Part shown: positions 61,892-64,000 of the stretch, one piece after another
How the letters are laid out: each line of letters begins with the position of its first letter
How positions within the stretch are numbered: the first letter of the stretch is position 1
Assembly: GCA_001662655.1 (NCBI GenBank)
Contig: KV460225.1
Direction: 5' to 3' (one strand)
Length of the DNA stretch: 64,000 bases
Source of the DNA: Pseudogymnoascus verrucosus
Lineage: Eukaryota
Translations under genes and position numbers: made by a program
The notes under the pieces: model-generated
Seen by the model: the letters and a program-made list of their open reading frames with translations, nothing else
What the model was told of the DNA's origin: nothing
Databases searched by the model: none

Positions 61892-62394
61892 TGTTGGGCG
61901 GGTGAGGTGGTGGTGGGGGTTTCGTTCTGGTTCAATTTCGTTCAAGTAACCGTCTCCATCGCGCACCTTGGTTGGTCGTTTTTGGAGCTTCGGAAATATT
62001 GTCAATGCCAATCCGAGGACCAAGCAAGCGGATAATTGATGATCCGGTTGAAGCTGGGATTTCACGGTGTATCACGTGATGTATATCGTCCGGGTTCAAT
62101 TTGAGAAGGAGCGATCAATGACGAGGCTGATAGTTGGGAAGGAGCAGACGACATGTCCGGAGCTAATTCTAGTTGACTTCTAAGAGAAGAGTGTGATCGT
62201 GAGACTTGGAGTTTTAATCGTTCATATTGTGGGACTTGGTGACCGACCATTTGTGAGGGAGGGGAAATTGTAACCCCCCCAACTCCCAACTTCCAACAAT
62301 AAATGATAAGGTCTCTCTCACTGACAAAAAATACAAGTGTTTATCCAACTAAATGAATTCACATTGTTAAAACTCAAGGCGGAGGTCTCACAAT

Positions 62395-62880
62395 ATGGCA
62401 CCTACCACAACACCATCATCCCCAGCAATGCCTCCAACCCCAACGCCCCCAGAGCCCATCTCATCCGCCCCTCCCCCCGGACAAACCATCCTATACAACG
62501 TCTACCGAATCTATATAACCCAAGGAACCGGCCCTCTCCACCAAGGAATTGCCCTCGTCCCCGCTCAACTTCCATCCCAAACTGCAGGCCGCTTCTACCA
62601 CGTCACAGGCACCGTCGGGCTAGGCATGGATTACCAATGTCGGCCCGCCGAAAAGTTCGGTCTCAACCCAGCGTTTAAAAGCGCCGTTCTGATGTTCCAG
62701 ATGCCGAAGTCCCTGCTGGCGGAGTTCGAGGCTATCGCGACTAGCGTGCCGCCACCGCATGATCCGAGGGTGCTTTTGGAGAGGAACCCGGAGCCGCCAG
62801 CTAGGGACTGTGGTGCGTGGGTCACAGAAGTTTTGGATAGGGCGGGAACACTTTTGAGGGATAAGGGGGTGGATTTATAA
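62395..62880 (+). CDS. Hypothetical protein (DUF6540-like)
   Basis: HQGIAL, GRFYHVTG, VPPP and RDCGAWVTEVL pattern. Confidence 0.7.
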   Translation: MAPTTTPSSPAMPPTPTPPEPISSAPPPGQTILYNVYRIYITQGTGPLHQGIALVPAQLPSQTAGRFYHVTGTVGLGMDYQCRPAEKFGLNPAFKSAVLMFQMPKSLLAEFEAIATSVPPPHDPRVLLERNPEPPARDCGAWVTEVLDRAGTLLRDKGVDL

Positions 62881-63254
62881 GATTTGGAGCTTGGTCTTGA
62901 CTAGCGTTTTACTATGGTTAGTTTTGTTATATTTCTTATATTGGGGGCTCATATGTCACGCTATATTTGCTGAATCGCCTCATTTTAGACTTTTAGGACC
63001 GCGCGAGTGGGCTTAGTCGCTGTTCTATAATAGTCAGGCACGAATTTTGGCCTTTAATTAACATAAGTAGCTGCATCTTTCCTGCATCTTCAGGTTTCCT
63101 TGCTTCTGGTACGTCGACATCTCCGTTGAGAACTCTTCCCGTTTGAACGGCACATCAGTCCTCACGCTTACCAACACCACGACAGAAATCAAGCTTCACA
63201 CAAGAAACGCCAGTAACCAACCTCTCTGGAAAAAGTTTCAGCGTCTGAGCCACG

Positions 63255-64000
63255 ATGTGCACCCCACGGACGCGAGAACTTGACTTTGAAGAGTTCTCAT
63301 ACGTTAATGAACAAGGGAACTTGAGCACCGAGGGGACCGGATGGTTGGCACCATTATCAAATTATATTTTCGAGAACTTCGGAGTCGTCTCAGTTTCGGA
63401 AACATACCCATATTTAATTATGTTTTGTGAAGATAAAGTGCCACCACACTCTGAGCGGCCTTTAAAATTGCAGGCTTGGTCGCAGTTTGGGTTGTGAATG
63501 GAGAAATTTCGTTTCCACGGGTAAGAATTAACTATCATACTGTCTCTTCATGTGTCCTAGAACGCTCTGTACTAACTTTACTGGCAGGATATAGAAATGG
63601 GAGAATTTTATGGAGCCATGTATATGAAGAATCCGTGGATATGGCTCGACCAGAACCTCCTTGCCGAGCTCGACGTTTTAGTTATCCCCAAGGCCAAAAC
63701 ATTGTCGACCATCATGAATGAGCATTTCCCGGACGCGCTCGCCATCTCGTTCATCAGTCATCAGATTCTCATAGAGCTGATCGAGGTTACTTTCGAGGAG
63801 CATCGTAGGCGTCTGGAGTACTTACCTGGGGGGGTTTGGGATACAAACTTTGGCCTGAGATATTACAATGGCCCAATCCACGGACCTGGAGTCAAGCGCC
63901 CGGAGCCAAACATGGATAGGTTCCATGACGAATACGACGACACTGACTATTTGAAGTCCCAGGGGTATTTTAATCCAGGTTCCATGATGTCTTTTGGAGA
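63255..64000 (+). pseudogene. Frameshifted uncharacterised gene (runs off the window)
   Basis: Protein-like frames join only via shifts at about 63463 (RP-F-KIAGLVAVW) and about 63607; intron 63521-63587; open frame continues to DDTDYLKSQGYFNPGSMM. Confidence 0.5.

Noticed and set aside
63818..63832. TACTTACCTGG resembling the U1 snRNA 5' end
   Set aside because: Lies within a coding-like frame and no other U1 features follow

Overview
Intron-containing genomic DNA from a filamentous ascomycete (possibly Leotiomycetes such as Pseudogymnoascus; inferred from composition only). Most of the window is a gene-dense housekeeping backbone: VMA2 5' end, HMG-CoA lyase, DPH1, PHO91-like transporter, DUF488 protein, VTI1, FCY2-like permease, PL3 pectate lyase, CutC, YIP1, EAF3, Cnl2/NKP2, a thioredoxin-like protein, RRP12, MRPL33, SEC6, a Mug190-like C2/SMP protein and COX11. 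An accessory-looking segment at about 36.1-48.8 kb interrupts it. That segment holds a head-to-head, intronless gene pair: a HeLo-like domain plus pseudokinase (HKN/GFD motifs, MLKL-like) and an apparently active kinase plus ankyrin repeats. This pair is a candidate two-gene necroptosis-like (RIPK3/MLKL-analogous) immune module and the top finding. The segment also holds a RIP-mutated pogo/Fot1 transposon nested in a short hAT-like element with an 8-bp TSD, a UNC-93-like MFS gene and LTR relics. Other leads are a 200-codon ORF inside an EAF3 intron in frame with the MRG domain, an AUG-less in-frame extension upstream of PHO91, and several diverged intergenic tandem repeats. All calls come from reading the sequence and recalling motifs; no searches were run.
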